Positions 35,494-45,398 of a stretch of 51,476 nt of DNA are shown piece after piece. Positions within the stretch are counted from its first letter, which is position 1. Each line of letters opens with the position of its first letter. A model generated the notes under the pieces. The model ran no database searches and was not told the origin of the DNA. It saw only the letters and a program-made list of their open reading frames with translations. The position numbers and the translations under genes were made by a program. Origin of the DNA: a virus (taxonomy: Duplodnaviria; Caudoviricetes); the IMG/VR virus record IMGVR_UViG_3300037419_001570, positions 1 through 51,476 of that record; one strand, written 5' to 3'.

Positions 35494-35991
35494 ATGATCG
35501 ACGGCCTTCCGCGCAGCGGCCGCGCCGCCATGTACCGCCGGATCTGCGACCAACTCCAAACCGACCCCGTGCTCTCTTACGTCGTCAAGTCGTGGGACGT
35601 GTACGACGGCCAATCGGCGGACCAGGTCCCCGGCAACTTGATGTCCTGCCCGTACATCAAGCTCATCCCGCAACTCGGGGCGGCCGTTTGGTACAGCCCC
35701 GACGCCCAACTCGGCCCGCTTGAGATCCGGATCGAGGCCGGAATCGCCGGGCTGGACGCGCTCGACTGCCTGGATTTCTGGGGCGCGTTCGAGCGGGCGA
35801 TCTACCCCTACGACGACCGCGACAAGCAGCTCGCGTTCGAGCAGCAGCTCCGCGACCTGGGGGCCGAGACGGGCCAGATCCAGTTTTCGCGCCCCGCGTC
35901 GATCGCGTCCCTGCCCGACGCCAACACCGGCCTCCAGTACACCCTGCTCGGGATGATGTCGATCGACGTCGTCCGGCCCTTCAGCCCGTAA
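35494..35991 (+). CDS. putative tail terminator/completion protein
   Basis: Size and position before the tail tube. Confidence 0.5.
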   Translation: MIDGLPRSGRAAMYRRICDQLQTDPVLSYVVKSWDVYDGQSADQVPGNLMSCPYIKLIPQLGAAVWYSPDAQLGPLEIRIEAGIAGLDALDCLDFWGAFERAIYPYDDRDKQLAFEQQLRDLGAETGQIQFSRPASIASLPDANTGLQYTLLGMMSIDVVRPFSP

Positions 35992-36001
35992 GGATCGCCC
36001 C

Positions 36002-36994
36002 ATGTCCGCACGCGAATTCGCCCTGATCGTCCAGGAGACGGCTTATGGGACGCCCGTGGCCGTCGCCGACCGCGTGATCGGCACCAACGCCTGGTACCTC
36101 CGGCTCAGCGACCCCAACAGCTTCAGCATGCAGGCGGTCCCGATCGTCGGCGACATCATGTACGGCGGCGGCCTGGCGACCCCGGCGTGCGCGTACAGCG
36201 ACCAGGTGACGTGCACCGGCCAGCTCTCGGGCGTCCTCTACGCCGGGCCCTACGCCAAGATGATCGCCGATTGGGGGCTCACCCAGATCAGCAGCGACCG
36301 CACCGCGCCGTGGGTCACCACCGACTCGGCCGGCGTGATGCCGCCCACGGACCTGGCCAGCGTGTCGATCTACCACGGCATCCAGCGGAGCGACGGGACT
36401 TACGACCGCCGCCGCTACTCGGGCGTCAAGGTGCTCTCCGGCTCGATCACGTCGAGCAGCCAGGACCGGCTGGCGAAGTTCAGCCTCCAGATCCAGGGGC
36501 AGCGGGACGACATGAACGCCGCGGGGACGGTCGCCTATCCGGACGCGACCGAGTTCCCGTTCCCGACCGAGACGGACATGCCGTGCAACCCGTACCTGTT
36601 CAGCCACACGAGCGGGCTGCTCAAGATCGCGTCGGCCCGCACGCAGTACGACTCCATCGGCCTGGCGTGGACGAACACGATGGCCGCGAAGTGGTTCGAG
36701 AGCAAGTATGCGCAGTTGATCAAGTTCTGCGGCCGGAACACCAAGCTCTCGGCCAACCTGTACATGAAGGCCAGCCCCGACGACCTGGCGAGCCTCAAGG
36801 CGCTCACCAAGCTCGACGTCGAGCTGTCGTTCAACAACGGCACCAACAGCCTCAAGTTCGACCTGAACACCAATAACCTGTTCAGCCAACTCGGCCGCGA
36901 CCTGCCGTTGAATTCCACCTATTCGTGGAACGCCACGGTGCAGAACTACTACGACGGCTCGACGTCCAGCGACGTCGTGGTCAGCTCCACCTGA
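36002..36994 (+). CDS. major tail tube protein
   Basis: QETAYGTP N-terminus; RRYSGVKV; beta-rich. Confidence 0.75.
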   Translation: MSAREFALIVQETAYGTPVAVADRVIGTNAWYLRLSDPNSFSMQAVPIVGDIMYGGGLATPACAYSDQVTCTGQLSGVLYAGPYAKMIADWGLTQISSDRTAPWVTTDSAGVMPPTDLASVSIYHGIQRSDGTYDRRRYSGVKVLSGSITSSSQDRLAKFSLQIQGQRDDMNAAGTVAYPDATEFPFPTETDMPCNPYLFSHTSGLLKIASARTQYDSIGLAWTNTMAAKWFESKYAQLIKFCGRNTKLSANLYMKASPDDLASLKALTKLDVELSFNNGTNSLKFDLNTNNLFSQLGRDLPLNSTYSWNATVQNYYDGSTSSDVVVSST

Positions 36995-37165
36995 TCCAAC
37001 CCCACGGCCGAAAGGCGGCGGACCGCTCGTCGCGGCAAACCGTCGCCCACGGGCGCGCGGCCGTGGGGTTTCCCAGCCCGACGAGGCGACGCGACGAGAG
37101 AGACTCGGCAGCAGTTGATCGACCGGCTGATCTCCGAACGGGCCGCCCGCGAGGCTGAACGCGGC

Positions 37166-37387
37166 ATGGACAAGCAGATCGAAGGGGCTCCCCCGCCCGG
37201 GGCGATCACGATCAAGCACCTGATCGGCCACCTGGTCCGGCTCAAGATCGGCGACCCCTTGATCAAGGGCCTGGTCTTCGGCTTCGACGTCCGGCAGACC
37301 GGGACGACCTACCACGTCTGCTGGGGCGACAACAGGCAGTCGTCCGAGCACTACGACTTCGAGCTTGAAGCGGTCGAGGCCGACTGA
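37166..37387 (+). CDS. small hypothetical protein
   Basis: 73 aa, beta-rich; start uncertain. Confidence 0.55.
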   Translation: MDKQIEGAPPPGAITIKHLIGHLVRLKIGDPLIKGLVFGFDVRQTGTTYHVCWGDNRQSSEHYDFELEAVEAD

Positions 37388-37399
37388 CGAGGCGATGCG

Positions 37400-38980
37400 A
37401 TGGCGGCGACCTTCTTCGTCTTGAAAGCCGGGATCGCGCCGCCCGAGCTGGCCTCCCAGCCCGACCACGTCAAGTTGATGTTCTTCGGCTGGGTCGTCGA
37501 GTTGGGCTTGAAGCGGAAGGATTGGGAACTCGCCCGGGGCCTCAACGCCAGGGGCGAGCCGCTGCCGGGGATCGCTCCCGCCACCCGCAAGCACCGCGTT
37601 TCGGCGATGACCCCCAGCGGCCGGGGCGACCCGAGCGCGCCGTACCTGATGCCGGGCCGGGGGCTCTCCCGGACCCGATCGCTCCTCACGGGGAAGGCCC
37701 ACCTTGACTACGCCGAATTCTTCTGGCGGTACGACGCCCACACCGGAGACCAGTGGGGCCGCGTCCTCGCGTGGCATGCGGCGCGCGGCAAGGCTTACGA
37801 CGTGGTTGGCCTCTCTCCCGCCGGAATCGCGAGCGTGGCTGCTGCGGCCCAGAAGCGATGGAGGCTGTGGTTGGCGGGCGCCGCGACAACGCCTGACGCT
37901 CTCCCTGTCGAACGGCGGATTGCTGCCGGGGTGGACCGAGGCCGAGGCGAGCCTTTGGGCCGGACCAACCTGACCTTCGCCACGTTCGGCGTCGGCGGCA
38001 CGAAGGAGGAGGCCCAACGGGCGATCGACGAGGGGCGCAGCAGCGGATTCCGCACGGCGGCCGAGTGGGAACGCTACTTCCGCGAGAGGCGGCCCACGCC
38101 CTCGCTGGCGAGCCCCGCGACGACCGCCCCGTCCGTCAGGGCGGGCGCGTCCAACGTGCTCCTGCAGCACGTCTGGGGCGGTCCGCCGAAGCCGCCTCCG
38201 GCCGTCATGGCTCGGGCCGCGTTGCCGCCGGCTCCGGCCGCGCCGCCCAGGACTATGACGGTACCTCCGAAGGCTGCGACGGTACCTCCGAAGCCTATGA
38301 CGGGACCTCCCGCCGCCGCGCCCCCCGCGTTCCCGCCCTCCACCGCGACGGTCGCGTATTCGGGTGGGACCGCCCGCGAACGAAAGGCGTCGGAGGATGC
38401 GGCGAGGCGGGTCCTGAAGGGGATACCGCCCGAAGACTACGCCTCACTGGTCGGCGCGCCCGACGGGGCCAAGGTGACGTTCGGCGAGGACGGCCTGTTC
38501 GCCGTCGCCTACGATGTCGAGCACCCCAGCCTTGAAGCCATGCGGGGGCGGATCGTCAACACGGACGAGGGCTTCGGCGGGTCGCGGCATCACGAGCCCC
38601 ACGTGCTCTACGTAAAGGGGTCGGAGCGCGGCAAGGGCGTCGGAGCCGAGGTCCACGGCCGGCGGGTGGCCTACGGCGTCAAGCACGGCCTGACGACGAT
38701 CCGCATCCACGCGGCGAGGGGGTCGGAGGAGATCGGCTACATCGTCTGGCCGGCGATGGGCTACGACGGCCCCCTGCCTGAATCCGTCCGCAAGATCCTG
38801 CCGGCCCCCCTCAAGGGCCGGACGACGATCCAGGAACTGCTGTCCGACGTGGAGGGGCAGAAATGGTGGAAAGAGAAGGGCGTGGGGATCGACGTGAAGT
38901 TCAGCCTGAAACCGGGAAGCCCGTCCATCATGCGTTGGGCGACCTACTGGACGAGAAGGCTCGCGCGAAGAAGCCCGTGA
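37400..38980 (+). CDS. virion-morphogenesis-like domain + P/A linker + GNAT-like domain
   Basis: N-terminus paralogous to 39096-39731; C-terminal LYVKGSERGKGVG...GYIVWPAMGYD. Confidence 0.7.
   Translation: MAATFFVLKAGIAPPELASQPDHVKLMFFGWVVELGLKRKDWELARGLNARGEPLPGIAPATRKHRVSAMTPSGRGDPSAPYLMPGRGLSRTRSLLTGKAHLDYAEFFWRYDAHTGDQWGRVLAWHAARGKAYDVVGLSPAGIASVAAAAQKRWRLWLAGAATTPDALPVERRIAAGVDRGRGEPLGRTNLTFATFGVGGTKEEAQRAIDEGRSSGFRTAAEWERYFRERRPTPSLASPATTAPSVRAGASNVLLQHVWGGPPKPPPAVMARAALPPAPAAPPRTMTVPPKAATVPPKPMTGPPAAAPPAFPPSTATVAYSGGTARERKASEDAARRVLKGIPPEDYASLVGAPDGAKVTFGEDGLFAVAYDVEHPSLEAMRGRIVNTDEGFGGSRHHEPHVLYVKGSERGKGVGAEVHGRRVAYGVKHGLTTIRIHAARGSEEIGYIVWPAMGYDGPLPESVRKILPAPLKGRTTIQELLSDVEGQKWWKEKGVGIDVKFSLKPGSPSIMRWATYWTRRLARRSP
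38253..38310 (+). repeat. 21-bp tandem repeat (about 2.7 copies) in the linker
   Basis: CTATGACGGTACCTCCGAAGG variants. Confidence 0.85.
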
Positions 38981-39099
38981 CGATCTTCCCGCCCGGCTCC
39001 GAGCCGGCCAACGAACTCGGTCTCACCGGCGACGAGATCGAGGACGCCCTCGCGTCGCTCCGCGACCTCGCCAAGGAGGAGAAGCGGAGGAAGCCTTGA
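38977..39099 (+). CDS. 40-aa protein coupled to the GNAT fusion
   Basis: GTGA and TTGA overlaps on both sides. Confidence 0.55.
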   Translation: MTIFPPGSEPANELGLTGDEIEDALASLRDLAKEEKRRKP

Positions 39100-39731
39100 G
39101 CGTCATCGTGGACACGACCGGGCTAGGCCGTCTCGTCGGCCGGCTGAACCGGATCGCCAAGCCGAACGCCGCGCTGCTCATGGCGACCTACGTCCAACAC
39201 ACCCTGCCCGACGACAACCGGCGGGGGATACTCGCCGGCATCGACAAGGACGGCCTGCCGTTGGCGCCGGTGACCTACCGCCCCAAGGGGCCGACGGTCG
39301 GCATCAAGGAGAAGTCGGCGGCCCGGTTCAGGAACAACCAGCCGGCGAACAGGCGGGGCGTGTTCCTCGGCTTCGGGCCGCACGCTTCGGGCCTCCACAA
39401 CAACCTCGCGCGGGGCGAGTACGAGCAGTTGACGGGGCCGCCCTTGGCCCCCCGCGGGCCGTTCAGCCGGGTCATCACGAACTACACGTGCGATTGGGAA
39501 GTGTCGCCCGACGGCCTGGTGTGGACCGCTTACGGCGTCTGGATCGACGTCGTGGACGTGAAGGGTCGGAAGTTCCTGAGCCACCTCTTCAACGGGGGCC
39601 GGCACCTCCCTCGCCGCGACATCCGGGGCCTTCGGCCGGAGGGCCGCGCCAAGGCCCGCAGAGAGTTCATCGCGTGGGCAAGGGATCAGATCCGCATCCA
39701 GCCGGCCGGCTTCTTTTCTGGCGCCGCATAG
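39096..39731 (+). CDS. virion morphogenesis / tail completion protein (Mu gpG-like)
   Basis: L.RL..RL, GIDKDGLPLAP, LPRRDIRGL. Confidence 0.6.
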   Translation: MSVIVDTTGLGRLVGRLNRIAKPNAALLMATYVQHTLPDDNRRGILAGIDKDGLPLAPVTYRPKGPTVGIKEKSAARFRNNQPANRRGVFLGFGPHASGLHNNLARGEYEQLTGPPLAPRGPFSRVITNYTCDWEVSPDGLVWTAYGVWIDVVDVKGRKFLSHLFNGGRHLPRRDIRGLRPEGRAKARREFIAWARDQIRIQPAGFFSGAA

Positions 39732-39740
39732 GAGGCGACG

Positions 39741-41369
39741 GTGGACGACGAACGCATTAAACTGGTGCTCGACCTGGCGCAGTCGAGCCGGGACGCGACC
39801 GAGTTCAGGCAGAAGCTCGAACAGCTCGACGCGACCGCGCGCAAGACCGGCGAGGGCTTCGACGAAGTCGAGAAGGGCACGGCCAAGGCGTCGAAGGGGA
39901 CGGCCGACTTCGGACGCTCCGCGCTCGAGACCGGCCGCATCGTCCAGGACTTCGCGCAGGGCGGCCTCGGCGGCATCATCAACAACCTGGAAGGCTTCAC
40001 GCAGGCCGTCGGCCTCGGCCCCGGGGCGGCGGGCGCCCTGACGCTGCTCGGCGTCGCGGCGTTGACGGCCACGCCCTACGTCAAGGCCTGGTGGCACGAG
40101 TTCTTCGACGGGGCGAACAAGGTCCCGGCGACGGCCGACGCCCTGAAGCGGCTCAACGAGGAGCTGGAGGCCAACAAGAAACGGCTCGGCGAATTGAAGG
40201 ATCAGCAGGTGTTGACCAACGCCGAGCTGGTCGAGTTCAACACGCTCACCGCCGAGTCGATCCGGCTGGAGAAGGAAGCGAACGCGGCGAAGGAGGCGGC
40301 GGCCGCCCGCAACGCCAAGACCGACGACCAGGCGAAGCTGGGGGGCGCGGTCACGAAGCTGACCAACGGGGCGGGGTTCGACAGGTTCGTCAACGCGGCC
40401 GGCGGCCTCGGCGACTTCCGGGGCCAGAAGGCCGAATACGACGCGATCACGGCCAGGCTCCGGGACGAGAAGCGGCCCCCCACGGCCGACGAGGCGGCGC
40501 GGCTCTCCGGGCTGGCTGGGCAGATCAACGCATTCGACCTCGGCGGCGCGTTCAACGCGGACGCGCTCCAGCGGCGCAATGAAGACCTGGTGAACCGCGC
40601 CCGCCAGGGCGACTTCGGGGCGTTCGACGAACTGCTCAAGAAGACGACCGGGGACGCTCGCGACCAGCTCGCGGCGATCGACCCCCGACAGGCCGCCGCG
40701 CGGGACCTGGCCCAGCAGCGCGCCAAGGGTCAGATCGGCGACGCGATCGGTGGGGCGATAAACCCGCTCATCACCGACCTCAAGGCGAACAACGCCGCGA
40801 GGCAGCAGGGCATCGACCAGGCCAAGGCGATCGATCAGCAGCAGGACGCGGCCCAGAAGGAGACCGAAAAGGTCCTGGACAAGCAGGCCAAGGACAAGGA
40901 GAAGGCGGACAAGAAGGCCGCCGAGGATCGGGACAAGGCCCTTCGGTTGAACGACGCCGGGATCGACTCCGACGCCCCGACCGCCGAAGAAGTGCAGGCG
41001 GCGGCGGCCCGCGGCGAGTTCGGCGTGCCGCGCCAGACCTATCGACCGATGTCGCACGAAGAACGCATCGCGGCCAACCGGCGACGGAAGGCCCGGGGGG
41101 CGGCCCGCGGAGGCGGCGGGCTGCGAAGCGTCGCGCCAACCGCGCCCGACGACGGTGGCGGCGACGACGGCGCCGAAGCCCAGCAGGCGTTGGGCGGGGC
41201 GATGCAGAACGTCCAGGCCGTCGCGGCGGGCGTGAACGCCTGGCGGCCCGCTTTCCAGCAACTGGCGGGGGCGATTCAGCGGTTGGCGGACCAGGTTCAA
41301 GGCCGTGGCTTCAATCCCTACGCGGCCAATCGATCATCCCTCATGGCGGGCTCCGAGGGCAACTGGTGA
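39741..41369 (+). CDS. tape measure protein (short)
   Basis: Ala-rich helical; GRIVQDFAQGGLGGIINNL. Confidence 0.8.
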   Translation: MDDERIKLVLDLAQSSRDATEFRQKLEQLDATARKTGEGFDEVEKGTAKASKGTADFGRSALETGRIVQDFAQGGLGGIINNLEGFTQAVGLGPGAAGALTLLGVAALTATPYVKAWWHEFFDGANKVPATADALKRLNEELEANKKRLGELKDQQVLTNAELVEFNTLTAESIRLEKEANAAKEAAAARNAKTDDQAKLGGAVTKLTNGAGFDRFVNAAGGLGDFRGQKAEYDAITARLRDEKRPPTADEAARLSGLAGQINAFDLGGAFNADALQRRNEDLVNRARQGDFGAFDELLKKTTGDARDQLAAIDPRQAAARDLAQQRAKGQIGDAIGGAINPLITDLKANNAARQQGIDQAKAIDQQQDAAQKETEKVLDKQAKDKEKADKKAAEDRDKALRLNDAGIDSDAPTAEEVQAAAARGEFGVPRQTYRPMSHEERIAANRRRKARGAARGGGGLRSVAPTAPDDGGGDDGAEAQQALGGAMQNVQAVAAGVNAWRPAFQQLAGAIQRLADQVQGRGFNPYAANRSSLMAGSEGNW

Positions 41370-41417
41370 ATCGCCGTGATTCCCATTCCCGGCCGGCGCC
41401 GATTGTCCCCATGACGG

Positions 41418-41735
41418 TCAGCGATCCCGACGCAACTCCGAGCGATCCAGGGTGAACAACGAGAGCGTCCAGGCCGACAGCGAGACGATAGCCGCGACGA
41501 ACGCGACCAAACCCCACTCGCCGGCCGCCGTCAACGACTCCACGCCTTCGTTGAACGTCTTCGCCGCCGTGGCCGTCAGCAGCGCCCACGCAGCCGCCAT
41601 CGCGACCAGGGACGCCACGACGGCCGCCATCTTTGCTGTGGCGAGCCAAAGCCGCGACGCCAGCGAGAATTGACCGGACATGCGAGATGGTCTGACTGGC
41701 GGGGGTTCGACGCTCGGCATGCGCGGAAGGCTCAT
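41418..41735 (-). CDS. two-TM membrane protein antisense in the tail operon
   Basis: GAGGAG RBS; two hydrophobic segments. Confidence 0.6.
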   Translation of the reverse strand: MSLPRMPSVEPPPVRPSRMSGQFSLASRLWLATAKMAAVVASLVAMAAAWALLTATAAKTFNEGVESLTAAGEWGLVAFVAAIVSLSAWTLSLFTLDRSELRRDR

Positions 41736-41801
41736 CGAGGTTCTCCTCATCGGACCTGACACGTTGCAAGGTTGCCCAGGCATCGTACCAGATTCAACGC
41801 A

Positions 41802-43847
41802 ATGAGCGTCACCACCCTCTACATCGACGACGCCGAGGTGTCCATGCCTGCGGCCGACATCTGGCCGTCACGGATGCGGCTGTCGCGGGCGGGCGAGTCC
41901 ACGCTCACTCTCGTCCGCAAAGGCGGCCCGACGATCAAGCCCGGCGACTCTCTGCTCGGCAAGAAGGTCCGGCTCGAAATCGACGGCTCCCCCGTCTTCG
42001 CGGGCGAGGTCGTCGACCTCGACCACCAGTACACCGCGAGCGGCTGGACGCCGCTCTACCAGTGCCGATCCCTGCGGGCCCTGGCGGACCGCGTCCCGTT
42101 CACCGACGACAACACGCTCACCAACACGGCCGTCTGGAACCTGCCCAGCGACGACCCGCTGTACCTGGCGAGCCGCGCCGGCAAGACCGTCGGCGAGATC
42201 CTGACCGACGCCCTGACGATGGCCCAGAACGCCGCCGCGCTCGACGCGATGGGGATCGGAGGATACACGGCGTTGACGCCGACCCCGACGCTGCCGCTGC
42301 TCACGATCGGCGACCTTTCGCTGCTGACGGCGATCAACCCCCAGGTCGCGCAGATCGGCGGCGACCAGCTCATGTCGGCGATCGAGAGCTACCTGTCCGC
42401 CGCCGCGCCCAACCACGCCCTGCACATCCAGGCGGACGGCGTGATCCGGGTCATCGACACCCGCGCCGCCGCGACCTCCGAGAACACGCTCACCCTCGGC
42501 GTCGACCCGGTCGAGCCCACGCCGCTGCGGCGGTCGGTCGCCGACTGCTACCAGCGCGTCGAGGTCCGGGGCCAGCCGATCGCCGAGCCCCAACTCCTCA
42601 GCCTGTCCAACGGCGGGCTCGTCGAGGATTGGGCGTGGGGGGCCTACGCGACCAGCGCCGAAGCGACCGCCGCGTGGACGCCGGACGACTTCAAGCTCGA
42701 CGAGACGGCCCGATCCGAGGGGACCTGCACCGTCACCGACACCGTCACCGTCGAGCTGACCAGCGACCCGTCGTCCCAGACGTGGGCGGCCGACGATTGG
42801 GACCAGTCCCATCGCATGGGGAGCCTGCTGCTGTCGGCGTCCACGATCGCCGGCGTCACCCAGAACGTCTACAAGCGGATCGTCTCGAACACCGCCAAGA
42901 CGGCCGGCGGGACGTCCACCGTGACGCTGGAAAGCGCCCTGCCGGCCACCGGCTACGACACGTACAAAATCTACGGCGTCGCGTCCGCCGCCAGCTTCGT
43001 CTACCGCCGCTACAAGATCGTCGACCCCGACGTGGTCAAGTCGCTCGCCCGCAAGTTCTCCTATCCGTTCGCCTGGGTGTTCGCGGGCGGCACGGCGGGG
43101 ACGGTCACCAGCTACCCCGTCGCGTCGGTGCTCTGGAACCCCGCGTTCGGGTCCGGGCCGCCGTACAACGAAGAGTCGTCGCCGTTCACGGTCGACACCG
43201 AGACGGGGCACATCATCTTCACCCAGCCGACCTACATCCAGGCCGGCAACAACGTCCCCGTGGACGTCCGGGTGGTCGTCGCCGTCAACACCGGGGAGTT
43301 GACGGCCGTCAGGCCGGAGAGCGGATACGAGGGGACCAGTCACACCGTCGAGGGGCTGGCCAGGACCAAGACGATCACCTGCCGCGACTGGACGGACCCG
43401 ATCAACCAGGCCCACATGGAAGACTACGCGCAGGACCGGCTCGACGCGGTCAAGGACGCGATCGTGGAAGGCGTGATCGTCTACCACGGCCTTTACACGC
43501 CCGCCCTGACGTTCGGCAACGGGATCAGCGTGACGGGCGACGGGTACACGACCGGCTGGGAGGGGCTGAACCTGCCCATCGTCGAGACCGAAGTCCTCTG
43601 GAACGACCGGGCGCCGTCGTCCCACACGACCACGATGTTTCTCTCGAACCGCCGCGCCTGGATGAGCAGCGGCGACTTCCTCCGGCCGTCCCGCAATCCC
43701 GGCGGCCAGCCGATCGGATTCGACGGCGCGGCGGGCAACGCCGACGACTTCACGCCGAAGGCGGCCAGGCCCGACCAGCAGAGGGTCAAGGCGTTCGGGA
43801 TCGACGGCGAGCGGCAGAACGACTCCGGAACGGACAAGACCCAATGA
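41802..43847 (+). CDS. tail tip/hub protein
   Basis: PVFAGEV, position after TMP. Confidence 0.7.
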   Translation: MSVTTLYIDDAEVSMPAADIWPSRMRLSRAGESTLTLVRKGGPTIKPGDSLLGKKVRLEIDGSPVFAGEVVDLDHQYTASGWTPLYQCRSLRALADRVPFTDDNTLTNTAVWNLPSDDPLYLASRAGKTVGEILTDALTMAQNAAALDAMGIGGYTALTPTPTLPLLTIGDLSLLTAINPQVAQIGGDQLMSAIESYLSAAAPNHALHIQADGVIRVIDTRAAATSENTLTLGVDPVEPTPLRRSVADCYQRVEVRGQPIAEPQLLSLSNGGLVEDWAWGAYATSAEATAAWTPDDFKLDETARSEGTCTVTDTVTVELTSDPSSQTWAADDWDQSHRMGSLLLSASTIAGVTQNVYKRIVSNTAKTAGGTSTVTLESALPATGYDTYKIYGVASAASFVYRRYKIVDPDVVKSLARKFSYPFAWVFAGGTAGTVTSYPVASVLWNPAFGSGPPYNEESSPFTVDTETGHIIFTQPTYIQAGNNVPVDVRVVVAVNTGELTAVRPESGYEGTSHTVEGLARTKTITCRDWTDPINQAHMEDYAQDRLDAVKDAIVEGVIVYHGLYTPALTFGNGISVTGDGYTTGWEGLNLPIVETEVLWNDRAPSSHTTTMFLSNRRAWMSSGDFLRPSRNPGGQPIGFDGAAGNADDFTPKAARPDQQRVKAFGIDGERQNDSGTDKTQ

Positions 43848-44242
43848 GCCAGTCTCGCGAGCTTGAGCAAGAGCGCCGGATCGACATGCTCGACCGCCGC
43901 TTGAGGCAGGCCGAGGATCGCGTCGCCGAGGCCCTCCAGACGCTCGCCCGCCGGTTCAACGGCGGCGGCGGCGTCTCGTCCGACCCGCCGCACCAGTACC
44001 TCGCGCGGGGCGACGGGGCGGCGCAGGCCACCGGCACCTTCCCGTCGATCACCAAGGACACGTTCGCCAGCGACGTGCTCGACGTCACGACCGGCGACGT
44101 CGTGGCGACGGCCGTGGACGTCGAGTGGTGGTACACCGACCCCCTGACCGTGGCCGGCGCGCTCGTGTGGTGCGTCAAGAAGCCCGACGGCGGCTTCGTC
44201 GGCGTCCTCGAACAGTGCACCGCGATCGCGTTGGACCCCTGA
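43844..44242 (+). CDS. tail protein
   Basis: IDMLDRRLRQAE coiled coil; ATGA coupling. Confidence 0.65.
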   Translation: MSQSRELEQERRIDMLDRRLRQAEDRVAEALQTLARRFNGGGGVSSDPPHQYLARGDGAAQATGTFPSITKDTFASDVLDVTTGDVVATAVDVEWWYTDPLTVAGALVWCVKKPDGGFVGVLEQCTAIALDP

Positions 44243-44243
44243 C

Positions 44244-45398
44244 ATGCCGTTTCGATACTCACCGGGGAAGTGCAACACCGGCGGCTGCGGCTGCGGCGAG
44301 TGCACGGGGACGGTCTGCGTCGCGCTCAACAGCAGGTGCCACGCGGGCGACGGCTCCGGCGTGTCGATCGCGGTCCGGGACCACGCGACGGGGATCGAGG
44401 TCGGATCCGCGACCACCGACGTCAACGGCCATGCGTGCGTCTCCGGAATCCGGCCCGGCTCTTACGACGTCATCCCCAGCAAGACCGACTGCTTCATCAG
44501 CCAGTGGACCAACCAGACGGTGGGCTGCTCGACGCTCAACCTCGCGGCCGACGTGGTCTGCCTGCCCTACGGCGCCAGGAAGTTCGGCGTCTCGGGCTGC
44601 TTCGGCACCCCGCTGCCCGACGCGATCATCACGGTGACCGGCCCGTCGCCCGGCTCGGTGCAGACCGGGGCGGACGGGATCGCCTATTACCACTACAGCC
44701 AGGTCGGGACGTACACGGCGGTCGTCTCCCATCCTTCGGGCCGGTTCGCCGACTCGGACCCCGTCTCGTGGACCGTGACGAACGTCTGCGACAGCAGCGA
44801 GGCGGCCGGCGTCCAGCTCGCGCCGGCGGCCGGCTACCAGTGCTGCACGATCCAGCGGACGGCGACGCCGCCCTCGCCCTATCCGATCAAGACGACGCTC
44901 AAGATCACCGACCCCGGCGGCGCGATCTCGTTCACGTCGGGGGATTGCTCCGGGACGGCGTGCGCCGGCGGCCGGGTCATGAGCAACGTCCAGACGGCGG
45001 CCGGCGGGATCGCGTCGTGCAACGGGTTCACGTTCAACCTGCCCCCCACGGTCGGCACGGGCTCCTGCTTCGTCAAATACGACGTGGTCCTCTCCGACAC
45101 GGGATGCACCGCCTCCCAGACCAACCCCGTCGCGGCGTGCTCGGGCGTCCAGGGCTGCCAGTACCTCTACGGGACGGCCCCCGGCTGCGAGACCAAGTAC
45201 CTCGCCGTGAGGAGTCCGGGCGGCTCGTGCGCCGCGTTCCCCAACCCGATGACCTGGGGCTCGACCGGCTTCACGATCAACAGCCTGAACCCGCTCAACG
45301 TCACGTTCACCTTCGACCCCGGCGGCGACTTCGGGCCCAGCGTCTCGCCCCTGACCAAGATCCCGCCCTACGCGACCTCCATCGTGGTGAGCGAATGA
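44244..45398 (+). CDS. Cys-rich beta-sandwich tail protein
   Basis: 23 Cys; TTDVNGH and TGADGIA repeats. Confidence 0.7.
   Translation: MPFRYSPGKCNTGGCGCGECTGTVCVALNSRCHAGDGSGVSIAVRDHATGIEVGSATTDVNGHACVSGIRPGSYDVIPSKTDCFISQWTNQTVGCSTLNLAADVVCLPYGARKFGVSGCFGTPLPDAIITVTGPSPGSVQTGADGIAYYHYSQVGTYTAVVSHPSGRFADSDPVSWTVTNVCDSSEAAGVQLAPAAGYQCCTIQRTATPPSPYPIKTTLKITDPGGAISFTSGDCSGTACAGGRVMSNVQTAAGGIASCNGFTFNLPPTVGTGSCFVKYDVVLSDTGCTASQTNPVAACSGVQGCQYLYGTAPGCETKYLAVRSPGGSCAAFPNPMTWGSTGFTINSLNPLNVTFTFDPGGDFGPSVSPLTKIPPYATSIVVSE

Noticed and set aside
37030-37100. c-di-GMP-I riboswitch (GGCAAACC)
   Set aside because: The following GNRA loop and GCAAA junction are missing
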